Shown in pieces: positions 21,403 to 31,600 of a stretch of DNA of 64,000 nucleotides. The notes beneath the pieces were generated by a model. That model did no database searches. It was not told where the DNA came from and was given only the letters and a program-made list of their open reading frames with translations. The stretch's first letter is position 1, and every line of letters begins with the position of its first letter. The translations under genes and the position numbers were made by a program. This DNA is from Desulfomonilia bacterium (GTDB taxonomy: Bacteria; Desulfobacterota; Desulfomonilia; UBA1062), in the NCBI GenBank assembly GCA_963664325.2, contig CAXXDQ010000008.1:256001-320000 (forward strand). The letters run 5' to 3'.

Positions 21403-23300
21403 ATGGTTGCCGGCAGCAGTCTCATCTCAAACAAAAGGGCATTTCTAAACTACAACCGTTATAAACACAGAATAATGTATGAAAATGATTCCGTTAGGGC
21501 GGACATGGTATTGAAACTGATTCCGCTGCTTCTTCATTTGAACCATCCCAGGTTGCCGGGATATTCGGAAAGTGAAGATTGTCCATGTGGCATTAAAATC
21601 ATGGAGAGGCCAGATGAAACAAAAATGGAAATCCTCTCAATGATACCTGATAAAATATCTTTGAAGTCCATTCAGGAAAGCATGCCTCGAGCGCGCGAAA
21701 TTGAAGGGCTGTTTACAATAGGCAGTCTTGGAAGCGTAGGTGAAACACAAGATAGTGATTGTGACATATGGGTTGTGGTCAATGCAGGCGACATTGGCGC
21801 TTCCCGTATCAAACTGCTTGAGAAGAAACTTGGAATCATAAGCAAATGGGCTTCAGTGTTATACAATATGGAAGTGTATTTTTACCTGCTGGACATTAAT
21901 GACATTAGAAACAACAATTTCGGAGCGATTTCTCATGAAGGGGCAGGATCATCTCTTAAAAGTCTTCTCAAAGAAGAGTTTTACAGGACTATGACCCTGA
22001 TTGAGGGAAGGATTCCCGTCTGGTGGATAATACCAGTAACCGGAAATAAAGATGCATACAAAGAGTCTCTAAACAACTTATCTTCCATTGATGGAAACAA
22101 TCCGGATGATTTTCTTGACCTTGGTGACCTTGAAGAAATTCCAAGGGACGAGTTACTGGGAGCTGCTTTATGGCAAATGCATAAAGCATTAAGCGACCCA
22201 CTTAAAAGCGTTTTGAAAATGGCACAGGTAAAGATGCATCTTGAAACTAAAGGCAGTGCGGAATTATTCTGTAACAATCTTAAGAAGAAGGTTCATGAAG
22301 CAAGGTATGAGGAGGTTATTGATCCGTATATAGAAGCCTTTAAAAGCATCGAAAGGCATTATTCACAGGAAACGCATTCCTATACGGCAGATCTGATGAG
22401 AAAGTGCATGTACCTGAAATCATCACCCGGCATTAAACCTTATCATCTGCTGTCAATCGGAAAAGCCGATAAACAGGCCTTGATTTCAGACCTTGTAAGA
22501 GAATGGGGATGGTCTTTAAAAACAGTTGAACATCTTAATGACTTTCCGGACTGGAACACAAAGACATATAAACTTTTCGGCAATCAGATACATGAATTCC
22601 TGAACGTGTCAGCTATGGCACTTCTTAAAGATACCCCATCGGCAGATTCAAAAGCCAATGTTTCTCAAGATCTTGAAATAGAGGTTTTAAGGCGCAGAAT
22701 AGAATCAGTTTATGTTAAAAAAGAAGATAAGATAGAAAGTGAAAAAAGGATACAAAAACATGAAAGGGCATATGATGACCTTTATTTCGGTTATACACGA
22801 GGGGTCTGGGAAGTGTTCAATAATCCTGATTTTACGGATCAAGCCGGTGTGATTTCATCCGCAAGGAGAATTTCATCAGTTATAGCCTGGCTCGTTTTAA
22901 ACAGACGGTTCAGCAGCACCACTTCATGCCACATGCTTCCAAACCCCACCAGTACTTACCTGTCTGATGTCCAGACCTTGATGAGGGACATAATGAAAAT
23001 AATACCAGATGCGGCCACGATTGGTCTTGACAGGGAATCACTTCTTAAAAGAATGTCGGTAAGTACTGTAATCCTGATCGGAAACCTCGAGCAGCCTTTG
23101 TCCCCGTAATAAAAGAAATAGATGTAATGGCATTGAACAACTGGAGCGAACTTTACTGTATGCAGATGGATAAAGAAGAATTAAAAGCATGGTTTAACAA
23201 TGCAAGTTCAAAAGATACAAAGATTAATCTTTGGCTGCCGGGAGGCGGTGATTCAAAAAGCCTGGCAAGGGAGCTTATGGCAGTAATAGGCAAGGGGTGA
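21403..23300 (+). CDS. Class I adenylate cyclase-like protein (frameshift at ~23097; continuation ends 23300)
   Basis: IPLLLHLNHP.LPGY, GLFTIGSLGS..ET.DSDCDIW, LKEEFYRT, ALWQ..KAL.DPLKSVLK. The alternate frame continues IKEIDVMALNNWSELY, matching the family D...NSW.E motif. Confidence 0.8.
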
Positions 23301-23303
23301 TGA

Positions 23304-24143
23304 TTGGCTGAGAATAGGGTTAAAATCGGAATATGCCAGTTAAAGCAGGACCTTGATATTTCCTGTAATATTCGGAAATCAGCAGACATGGTTGAAGAAG
23401 CAGCCGGAAACGGGGCTGATATCGCTGTCCTGCCAGAGATGTTTTTGTGTCCTTATGAACCTTTTTATATAAAAAGAGCGGTAAAAAGCGCGGAGTATGC
23501 AATTGACATATTGAAAAAGACGGCTCTAAGAAATCGGATATATGTTGTCGCTGGAAGCGTACCCTGGACTATCGCCGGTGCAAAGCCGTATAACAGGGCG
23601 TATGTAATTGATCCCGCGGGAGAAGAAATATTCTTGCATGATAAAATACACCTGTTTGACTGTTATCCTCCGGGTGGAGCGGAAGTTGTTGAATCGGCGG
23701 CTGTGCAGCCTGGAAATACTCTCGGTGCATTTAAAACCCCATGGGGTATGTGTTCGGTCATTGTTTGTTATGATATCAGATTTACGGCCCTTTCACAGCT
23801 TCTGGCAAATATGGGGGTGAAGATATTGTTTGTTCCTGCAGCATTTTCAATGACAACAGGCCCGGCCCACTGGGATATGCTGGTGAGGATGCGTGCCATG
23901 GAACTGCAGGGATATGTTGCGGGAATACAGCCTGCGAGGAACAATAAGTTTAACTATATTCCTTATGGCCACTCGATTATTGCGGGACCCTTCGGGGAAG
24001 TCATAGCCGATTTGGGAGAAGATGAATCCTCAAGCGTAATCGGGATCGATCTTAACGAATGCGACAATTTAAAAAAACGCTTTCCCCTTCTTGAACACAG
24101 AAGGTCGGATATTTACAGGACGGTATGGCTGAATGAAGATTGA
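23304..24143 (+). CDS. Carbon-nitrogen hydrolase (nitrilase/omega-amidase family)
   Basis: Catalytic triad motifs LPEMF, KIHLFD and VCYDIRF; PAAFSMTTGPAHW. Confidence 0.92.
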   Translation: MAENRVKIGICQLKQDLDISCNIRKSADMVEEAAGNGADIAVLPEMFLCPYEPFYIKRAVKSAEYAIDILKKTALRNRIYVVAGSVPWTIAGAKPYNRAYVIDPAGEEIFLHDKIHLFDCYPPGGAEVVESAAVQPGNTLGAFKTPWGMCSVIVCYDIRFTALSQLLANMGVKILFVPAAFSMTTGPAHWDMLVRMRAMELQGYVAGIQPARNNKFNYIPYGHSIIAGPFGEVIADLGEDESSSVIGIDLNECDNLKKRFPLLEHRRSDIYRTVWLNED

Positions 24144-24885
24144 AATTAATGGGCTGAGAAAATCATTTAAAGGCCAGAAGATTCTCGACGGCATTGACCT
24201 TATAATACCTGAAGGGAAAACTACGGTAATCATCGGACCCAGCGGCACCGGCAAAAGTGTCATGATTAAACATATCCTCGGGCTTATAAAACCTGACGAT
24301 GGAGAGATATTGATCAACGGCAAAGATGTTACAAAAATGAATGATATCGAACTGAATGAAATAAGAAAAGACTTTGGCGTATGTTTCCAGGATGCGGCAT
24401 TATTTGATTCGATGTCTGTCGGTGAAAATGTCGGGTTCCCGTACATGGTTCATAAAAAAATGACAAAAAATGAAATTTTTATGAGGGTATCAGAACTTCT
24501 GAAAGAGGTCGGTCTGGCAGGAATTCATGAAAAACTTCCTTCCCAGCTATCAGGGGGCATGAGAAAAAGGGTCGGCCTTGCAAGGGCGATTGCTATGGAT
24601 CCCAAAATATTGCTTTTTGATGAGCCGACCACCGGGCTTGATCCTGTAATGAGCAATGCAATCAACATACTTATTAAAGAGGTCCAGAAAAAGACCAGGG
24701 CAACGAGCCTTGTGATAAGTCATGATATACACGGGGCACTCATGATGGCCGACTATATGGCCATGCTCTATAAGGGCAGGATCGTATTCACAGGAGGGCC
24801 TGAGGATTTTGTCGACACAAACGATCCACTAATACGGCAATACATGGAGGGCGGAATCGAGGGCCCTATCAATCCGATTCAGTAA
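24133..24885 (+). CDS. ABC transporter ATP-binding protein (MlaF/Mkl-like)
   Basis: GPSGTGKS, FQDAALFDSM, LSGGMRKRVGLARA and DEPTTGLDP. Confidence 0.92.
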   Translation: MKIEINGLRKSFKGQKILDGIDLIIPEGKTTVIIGPSGTGKSVMIKHILGLIKPDDGEILINGKDVTKMNDIELNEIRKDFGVCFQDAALFDSMSVGENVGFPYMVHKKMTKNEIFMRVSELLKEVGLAGIHEKLPSQLSGGMRKRVGLARAIAMDPKILLFDEPTTGLDPVMSNAINILIKEVQKKTRATSLVISHDIHGALMMADYMAMLYKGRIVFTGGPEDFVDTNDPLIRQYMEGGIEGPINPIQ

Positions 24886-24887
24886 TC

Positions 24888-25347
24888 TCAGGGCATCTCA
24901 AAAGAAGCATCCGGGCTTTTTACCGTAAGAACAGGACATGCCGATTTTTTTTATTACTTTTTCAGCCGTACTTCCGAATAGCACATGCCGGATGCCTGTG
25001 CGGCCATGAGACCCGATCACGATCAGATCAACGCCTTCATCCCTGGAAAACTGGATGATTTCATAGAACGGTACCCCATGGATGATATAAGTATCGCAGG
25101 TTGTATCTTTTGGAACCAGTGTACTTACGATTTCCTCAAGCTTGCTCGTGGCGTTCTGCTCGAATTCCGCATACAGTTGCGGCAAAATAGTAGGACTGAG
25201 ATTGAACTCCGAAAAGTCTGTTATATCCTGCAATACATGAAGGATGTAAAGTCTAGCGCCAAAAGACTTGTTAAGCTCGATTGCATACTTCAAAGCATGC
25301 ATGGACGAGGAACTGAAATCGGTAGGTATCAGTATTTTTTTTATCAT
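24888..25347 (-). CDS. Universal stress protein (extra base in the A8 run at 24945-24952)
   Basis: KILIPTDFS and DLIVIGSHGRTG..HVLFGSTAEKV. Removing one base restores the canonical KSACPVLTVK...FEMP-stop. Confidence 0.9.
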
Positions 25348-25444
25348 GTATTCTAAACTAATTATAAATATACATGAGTCAATACCCGTGAATGAATTTT
25401 TTAAGAAATTGCATTGTCATCTTGTTATGGTTTATAGACCAGAC

Positions 25445-26041
25445 ATGAAACAGTCATTTCCTTTAATAGTTTTCTTGATCCTTATTATGGCAGGCTGTGC
25501 AACAGTAAAAATCGAGAATAAAAATGTTTTCCCATTCAGGGCCGGTTTTAAAATCAGGGGAACTGTCAGCAATTCGGGAATAGATCTGGATGGAGCGATG
25601 CTCGTTTCATCACCCGAATCGGGGGTTTTACAGTTATACGGACCAGGAGGGATAGCTGTTAATACGTTAGTGATGGATGATGGCACTGCAAGGCTTACAG
25701 ACACATGGAACAGAGAGATCGGCAGCTATAAAGTGCCTGTTAAGAATATGGCGGGGTTGCTTGCAGGCCTGCCGCCTTCCGGCTTGCGGTGTACAAAGAA
25801 AAATGAAAAAGGTGAAACAGAGATGAAATATCTCTGGGGTAATATTGTCCTCGACGAATATCTTCTTCCCGTCAGGATAATTATGAAAGGCAACCAGCAT
25901 ACAAATGCTGTTTTTTCAAGGATGGCCCGTGGTATTGACTTGATGATAACACGGGGTTCTGATAATTTTATTGTAAATATTTACCCCATTGAAGGCGGGA
26001 GATGGAAAGATGCTGAAAGTGAAATGCAGGACGTGCGGTAA
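25445..26041 (+). CDS. Hypothetical lipoprotein (possibly LolB-like)
   Basis: MKQSFPLIVFLILIMAGC lipobox; the LQLYGPGG segment resembles the LolB-like L.L..PLG turn. Confidence 0.55.
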   Translation: MKQSFPLIVFLILIMAGCATVKIENKNVFPFRAGFKIRGTVSNSGIDLDGAMLVSSPESGVLQLYGPGGIAVNTLVMDDGTARLTDTWNREIGSYKVPVKNMAGLLAGLPPSGLRCTKKNEKGETEMKYLWGNIVLDEYLLPVRIIMKGNQHTNAVFSRMARGIDLMITRGSDNFIVNIYPIEGGRWKDAESEMQDVR

Positions 26042-26399
26042 CGAAACTTTCTGGAATGATTTTGACGGGAGCACATTCAAGTGCCCCAATTGCGGTGAAA
26101 CCATGAATATCCATCAGTCGTTAAAGGATAACATAGACCGCAGGGTATTCGGTGAAGGAAAGAAAAAACACCGTTGCCCGAACTGCAAGAATTTTATTGA
26201 AAAAAGATATTTTGCCAAATGCCCGTCGTGCGGGAAATGGCTTATCGGCAAGTATTCGATGAGCGGGAAATGGTTCGTATTTACAATCATCGTGGTTTTA
26301 TACCTGATTGTATCAATAATTTATCATAATTTTGGTATAAACGAGAATCCTCGTTCAACTAATTCAAAAAATGTTGTGAAAGAATGGCTGTATCGCTAG
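26010..26399 (+). CDS. Double zinc-ribbon membrane protein
   Basis: Four CxxC pairs (CRTC, CPNC, CPNC, CPSC) followed by one TM helix. Confidence 0.7.
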   Translation: MLKVKCRTCGNETFWNDFDGSTFKCPNCGETMNIHQSLKDNIDRRVFGEGKKKHRCPNCKNFIEKRYFAKCPSCGKWLIGKYSMSGKWFVFTIIVVLYLIVSIIYHNFGINENPRSTNSKNVVKEWLYR

Positions 26400-26743
26400 G
26401 AAAAATAAAGTCACTCCAGGAAAGATTTGGCGCACTTGGTATTGATGAAAAGGATATCATTGAAAAATTTGTCCGGTCGCAGGGCAAGGGCGGGCAGAAG
26501 GTAAACAAGACATCCACATGCGTGTATCTCAGGCATGGCCCAACAGGCATTGAGGTAAAATGCCAGGAGGACAGATCACAGGCCTTGAACCGTTTTTATG
26601 CAAGGCGCATACTGGCTGATAAGATTGAGGAATCGATTACAGGCAAAAAACCTGAAAAAGTTCAGAAGATACGAAAACAGAAATGCAGGCGGGCCAGAAG
26701 GGCAAAAGCCAAGGTCAGTAATAATAATGATATTTCATCCTGA
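26384..26743 (+). CDS. Stand-alone peptidyl-tRNA hydrolase (GGQ) release-factor-like protein
   Basis: FVRSQGKGGQKVNKTST, HGPTGIEVKCQEDRSQ..NR and a basic C-terminal tail. Confidence 0.9.
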   Translation: MAVSLGKIKSLQERFGALGIDEKDIIEKFVRSQGKGGQKVNKTSTCVYLRHGPTGIEVKCQEDRSQALNRFYARRILADKIEESITGKKPEKVQKIRKQKCRRARRAKAKVSNNNDISS

Positions 26744-26778
26744 ATATAAGAAAACCTGTTTGCAATAACAGACATTTC

Positions 26779-27732
26779 ATGATCTCAACTCTCAAATTCA
26801 TAATTTTTCAATCGATGATCATCATTCCTTTTGGGTTTGGCGCATTTCTTAAGAAGAATTTCAAGGACCCCGGGGCGTCTACAAGGCGCCTGATCATGAT
26901 AAATCTGGTTGTTATCGAACCTCTCATTGTATTCTGGAGTATCTGGGGGCTCAGAATAACGGCCGAGCTTATTTATCTTCCTTTGGCCGGGATATGCATG
27001 GTTTTGATCGGGCTCGTTGCAGGTAAATTTCTCGGACCGATTCTGAAACTTGATTATAAATCAGAAACAAGTTTTATCATAAGCTCTTCCATAGCAAACC
27101 ATGGTTTTACAATGGGAGGTTTTATCTGTTATCTTTTTATGGGCGAAGCAGGCCTTGGGCTTTCATTTATATTCCTGTCATATTTTATTCCGTATCTCTT
27201 TATAGTAATATTTCCCTATGCAAGGCAGACTGAAAGCGGAAAATCATATAGTCTTGACACAATAAAGGACTTCATTAAAAGCCCCCGGAACATGCCTCTC
27301 TATGCCATGATTCTGGCCATATTTCTCAGGCTTTTCGGTGTTGAAAGACCCGGGATGTTTTTCCCTGTCGATATTTTGCTGATGCTTTCCATAGGTTTGT
27401 ATTATTTTGCGCTTGGCATGAGCTTTTCAGTGAAAGATATGTTCTCATTCAAAAAGGAAAGTCTAGTTCTGTGCCTGATAAGATTTTTAATTGTGCCTGC
27501 AGCAACAGTACTTGTGCTTGTTCTTGTAAACCTTGATCCAGGAGTTGAGGCTGTCATACTCATCGAATCATTCATGCCTGCGGCGGTATACTCTGTTATG
27601 TCGTCCGTATTGTTCAGCCTTGATGAAAGAAGGGCTTCGACAATGTTTGTTTTTAATACAGTGGCTTTTCTGCTATTTGTTCTTCCTCTGATGTTTGTTT
27701 TTATAAAAAGATTGATGGGTTTTATCAGTTAA
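26779..27732 (+). CDS. AEC (auxin efflux carrier) family transporter
   Basis: About 10 TM segments; N.GF..G motif; RFLIVP; ESFMPAA. Confidence 0.75.
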   Translation: MISTLKFIIFQSMIIIPFGFGAFLKKNFKDPGASTRRLIMINLVVIEPLIVFWSIWGLRITAELIYLPLAGICMVLIGLVAGKFLGPILKLDYKSETSFIISSSIANHGFTMGGFICYLFMGEAGLGLSFIFLSYFIPYLFIVIFPYARQTESGKSYSLDTIKDFIKSPRNMPLYAMILAIFLRLFGVERPGMFFPVDILLMLSIGLYYFALGMSFSVKDMFSFKKESLVLCLIRFLIVPAATVLVLVLVNLDPGVEAVILIESFMPAAVYSVMSSVLFSLDERRASTMFVFNTVAFLLFVLPLMFVFIKRLMGFIS

Positions 27733-27750
27733 TCTGTTTCAGGAGAATAT

Positions 27751-28362
27751 ATGATCGATGCGGTATTATTTGATGTAGGCGGCGTTCTGTTCGAAGAGGG
27801 CTACAGGAAAGGACTTCATGCGATTGCAGAAAGGAACGGTCTTGACCCGTTAAGGTTTGAAATTATTTCAGACAGGCTGATACTTGAAACAGGCTATATC
27901 ACAGGAAAAGCAGACGAAAATGTATTCTGGGAAGCTATCAGGCATGAAACTGGAATTATGGAACCGGATGTTGAATTAAGAGAGGCACTTTTGGAAAGAT
28001 TTGTTCCCAGAGCTTGGATGTTTGAGATTGTACATAAATTGAAAGACCATGCCAAGGTTGCGATATTAAGCGATCAGACGAACTGGCTTGATGAGCTGGA
28101 AGAAAGGTATGGTTTTTTTAGCCTGTTTGATACGGTACTTAACAGTTATTACACCGGGCGCAGTAAAATCGATCAGTTGACATTTGATTTTGCAGCATCG
28201 GTCCTTGGGGTGAGGCAGGAAAAGATTCTTTTTATTGATGATAAAATTGGTAATATCAAAAGGGCGGAGGCCAGCGGTTACAAAACCATTCTTTATAATG
28301 AAAGGCAGAAGTTCCTGGCTGATATGGGGCAATATTTTTCTGATATTTGTGATTTCGATTAG
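27751..28362 (+). CDS. HAD family hydrolase
   Basis: FDVGGVL, ILSD and FIDDK.GN..RA motifs. Confidence 0.88.
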   Translation: MIDAVLFDVGGVLFEEGYRKGLHAIAERNGLDPLRFEIISDRLILETGYITGKADENVFWEAIRHETGIMEPDVELREALLERFVPRAWMFEIVHKLKDHAKVAILSDQTNWLDELEERYGFFSLFDTVLNSYYTGRSKIDQLTFDFAASVLGVRQEKILFIDDKIGNIKRAEASGYKTILYNERQKFLADMGQYFSDICDFD

Positions 28363-28464
28363 CATCAAGGAGCAGAAACGGTTTTTTATTCGGATTTTGG
28401 CATTGTGCAGCTTGACTAGTGCAAATCTCATGTAGTAAAAAACTGGGTTCTGAGGGGGATTGTA

Positions 28465-29502
28465 ATGAGTATGACATATAAGCAGGCGGGAGTGGATGTA
28501 GAAAAGCAGAACACTTTCGTTGAAGAGATCAAACCGATTATCAAAACCACGTTCGGTCCTGAGGTTATGGGCGGAATCGGAGGCTTTTCAGGTCTTTTCA
28601 GATTTAACAAGGGTAATTTCAAGGATCCTATACTTGTATCCTCAACAGACGGTGTAGGTACCAAATTGAAGATAGCATTCATGGCCGACAGGCATGATAC
28701 TGTGGGTATCGATCTGGTTGCTATGGTTGTGAATGATATTATTGTCGGCGGGGCGCAGCCCCTGTTCCTGCTGGACTATTTTGCTACCGGCAAGCTTAAT
28801 CTCGAAAGGGATAAGCAGATTATATCAGGTATAGCCAACGGATGCATGGATGCCGGATGTGCGCTTATCGGCGGGGAAACGGCTGAGATGCCGGGTCTGT
28901 ACAAGGAAGATGAATACGATCTTGCGGCATTCGGGGTGGGTGTTGTTGAGGCCGACAAGCATATCAACGGTTCACTTATAACTCGCAATGACATCCTCAT
29001 CGGCATTGATTCATCGGGCCTTCACAGCAACGGATTTTCGCTTGCCAGAAAAGTGCTGCTCGAAAAATCGGGGCTGAAGATAGATTCTTATGTCCCGGAA
29101 TTAGGCAAGGTGCTGGCCGATGAACTGCTGACGCCGACAAAAATTTATGTAAAAAATGTACTTAATCTTTTCAGGGATTTTGAGATCAAGGGGATCGTTC
29201 ATGTCACAGGCGGAGGATTTATTGATAACATCCCCCGCATCCTTCCCGAGCGCTCTTCCGCCATAATCGAAAAGGCGCTTTGGGAGGTTCCTCCCGTATT
29301 CAAACTTATACAGGAACTTGGCGGGATTGAAGAACAGGAAATGTTCAGGACCTTTAACATGGGCATCGGCATGATACTTTTCGTGGGATTAAATGAAGCA
29401 GATGACGTATTGGTGAGGCTCAAGGGACTCAAACTGGACGCCCAGATCATAGGGGTGGTTGATCAGCGTAAGGATGGACCCTCAGTCTCCATCCTGGGGT
29501 GA
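28465..29502 (+). CDS. purM: Phosphoribosylformylglycinamidine cyclo-ligase
   Basis: TYKQAGVD, TDGVGTK, GGETAEMPG, SSGLHSNG and RTFNMGIG. Confidence 0.98.
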   Translation: MSMTYKQAGVDVEKQNTFVEEIKPIIKTTFGPEVMGGIGGFSGLFRFNKGNFKDPILVSSTDGVGTKLKIAFMADRHDTVGIDLVAMVVNDIIVGGAQPLFLLDYFATGKLNLERDKQIISGIANGCMDAGCALIGGETAEMPGLYKEDEYDLAAFGVGVVEADKHINGSLITRNDILIGIDSSGLHSNGFSLARKVLLEKSGLKIDSYVPELGKVLADELLTPTKIYVKNVLNLFRDFEIKGIVHVTGGGFIDNIPRILPERSSAIIEKALWEVPPVFKLIQELGGIEEQEMFRTFNMGIGMILFVGLNEADDVLVRLKGLKLDAQIIGVVDQRKDGPSVSILG

Positions 29503-29508
29503 CAAGAC

Positions 29509-30153
29509 TTGATGAAAATAGGAGTCCTGGTATCTGGAAGCGGAACAAATCTCCAGTCAATAATCGATACCTGCGAGTCCGACAAAATAGCCGAAGTAGC
29601 AGTTGTCATAAGCAACAGGGCAGATGCCTATGCGCTTAAAAGGGCTCAATCCAAAGGAATTCCGACCAGGATATTATCCCATAAAGATTACCCCGACAGG
29701 AAGGATTTTGATAAGGAGCTGATACGTATACTGAATGAATTCAAGGTCGAACTGGTTGCCCTGGCGGGTTTTATGAGGATACTGACCGGAGATTTCTTAA
29801 AGGCGTTTCATGGCAGGGTGATGAATATACATCCTGCATTATTGCCGGCTTTCCCGGGTCTTGAAGTGAGGCAGGCTGCAATTGATTATGGCGTCAGGTT
29901 CTCAGGATGTACGGTGCATTTTGTTGACGAGGGTGTTGATACGGGGCCGATTATCATTCAGGCGGTTGTCCCTGTTTTTCCCGATGACACGGAAGAAGAC
30001 CTGAAGCACAGGATATTGAACCAGGAACACAAGATTTATCCCCAGGCTATCAAACTGTTTGCAGAGGGCCGGTTAAGGATTGAAGGAAGAAGAGTATTTA
30101 TTGAGGGGTTCAGTAAGGACGAAACGAAGTGGATGATAAATCCGTCAATGTGA
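29509..30153 (+). CDS. purN: Phosphoribosylglycinamide formyltransferase
   Basis: SGSGTNLQ, LAGFMRIL, NIHPALLP and DEGVDTGPII. Confidence 0.97.
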   Translation: MMKIGVLVSGSGTNLQSIIDTCESDKIAEVAVVISNRADAYALKRAQSKGIPTRILSHKDYPDRKDFDKELIRILNEFKVELVALAGFMRILTGDFLKAFHGRVMNIHPALLPAFPGLEVRQAAIDYGVRFSGCTVHFVDEGVDTGPIIIQAVVPVFPDDTEEDLKHRILNQEHKIYPQAIKLFAEGRLRIEGRRVFIEGFSKDETKWMINPSM

Positions 30154-30614
30154 AGCTTGATGCCCCGATAATCGTAAGTGCCTGCCTACTTGGATTTAAT
30201 TGCAGATATAACCTGAAGAAAAGTTCGGGCATAAAATTCAAGATGCCCATGAATGCTCTTCTGATACCTGTCTGTCCGGAGCAGCTTGGCGGCCTCCCCA
30301 CGCCAAGGCCGAAATCGGTTTTTGTAGGCGGTGATGGGGAACGGGTAATCAAAGGTCTTGCCAGGGTTGTTGATGAGGAAGGCATGGATGTCACGGATTA
30401 TTTCATAAAAGGTGCAGAAGCTGTAAAAAGAATATCTTGCATAACAAGATCACTTTCTGCTATACTCAAGGATAAGAGCCCTTCATGCGGCACGCACATT
30501 GTAATGATATCAGATGAAGTTAGAAATGGACTTGGTGTAACAGCAGCAATCTTAAATGGAATGGGTTTATGCATTGTAAACGAATATGGGAGGTCGATAG
30601 CAGAAAAGGAGTAA
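30129..30614 (+). CDS. DUF523 (TudS-like Fe-S) family protein
   Basis: VSACLLG.NCRY, PVCPEQLGGLPTPR and LKDKSPSCG. Confidence 0.88.
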   Translation: MDDKSVNVKLDAPIIVSACLLGFNCRYNLKKSSGIKFKMPMNALLIPVCPEQLGGLPTPRPKSVFVGGDGERVIKGLARVVDEEGMDVTDYFIKGAEAVKRISCITRSLSAILKDKSPSCGTHIVMISDEVRNGLGVTAAILNGMGLCIVNEYGRSIAEKE

Positions 30615-31120
30615 CCCTTACGGAGCTCCTTGTCGTGATTGCCCTTGCAGCTATTCTGGCTGCATTTTCAATACCCTTCATGGGCACGTCAGTAGCAAAA
30701 AGTGACCTTTATAAACAGACGGATTTTGTTGCCGGGACAATTATGACTTCAAGGATAAAGGCGATGGAAAGGGGCCTTCCTTTCAGGCTCGATTTTGACG
30801 CATCAAACATGACTTTTACTTGTTTCGGCGACAAGAATTCAAACGGAAAGAAAGATGATGGGGAAGAAGTCATGGGACCATACAGGCTTGAGAACAGGAT
30901 TGTATTCGGTTCAGGAATATCAAAAGGGCCGAATGATACTGAGGTTCCTGTTGACGGAATAAGTCTGGCTGATAACCGTCTAAGCTTTAATACACTCGGT
31001 TCATCAAATGCCGGAACAATATATCTGAAAAACACGGCGGGTACTGCTGCCATAAGGATAATGCCTGCATCTGGAACCGTCGTATGCTGGGTTTATGAAG
31101 GAAACTGGAGGAAGAAATGA
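30569..31120 (+). CDS. GspH/FimT-like minor pilin (start uncertain)
   Basis: Prepilin motif KG|VTLTELLVVIAL; C-terminal F...G....GTIYL. Confidence 0.85.
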   Translation: MHCKRIWEVDSRKGVTLTELLVVIALAAILAAFSIPFMGTSVAKSDLYKQTDFVAGTIMTSRIKAMERGLPFRLDFDASNMTFTCFGDKNSNGKKDDGEEVMGPYRLENRIVFGSGISKGPNDTEVPVDGISLADNRLSFNTLGSSNAGTIYLKNTAGTAAIRIMPASGTVVCWVYEGNWRKK

Positions 31121-31539
31121 AGAAAGGATTCAGTCTGATAGAGATTTTGGTGGTGATCGCACTGGTTTTTTTAATCAGCTGCGGGACAATAAGTTTCCTG
31201 ATGGCTACAAATAAGACAGGCGTGGATTTGAATTTGAAAACATACGCATCGATTATGGCGCATACGAAGTTTATTTCTTTGAATAAAATTCCACTTGCAA
31301 GTCCTGACATCTCTGAAGGATGGCATGAAGATAAGGGTAATCCAATAATTCAGGGCAGTCAAAATTACTACAGGTTCTGGAGGGTTTCGCTGGACAAGGA
31401 TGGCAGCAGGGCAATAAATGTTTACGTCACATGGAATAATAATGAAATGACCGGTCATATCTCTTCCGAGGATGGACTTAATGTATGCGGCGGGTCAAAG
31501 GTCGAATTCCTGGGTATAAGGGACGCCCTTATGCCATGA
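31117..31539 (+). CDS. PilV-like type IV minor pilin
   Basis: MKKG|FSLIEILVVIAL; YYRFW.V...I.V.V.W C-terminal pattern. Confidence 0.8.
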   Translation: MKKGFSLIEILVVIALVFLISCGTISFLMATNKTGVDLNLKTYASIMAHTKFISLNKIPLASPDISEGWHEDKGNPIIQGSQNYYRFWRVSLDKDGSRAINVYVTWNNNEMTGHISSEDGLNVCGGSKVEFLGIRDALMP

Positions 31540-31600
31540 TCAGGTTTCAGCATCCGGTGTGAGGAAGCCAGTACAGAAAGCCCTTATTTACCGGTTTTAA

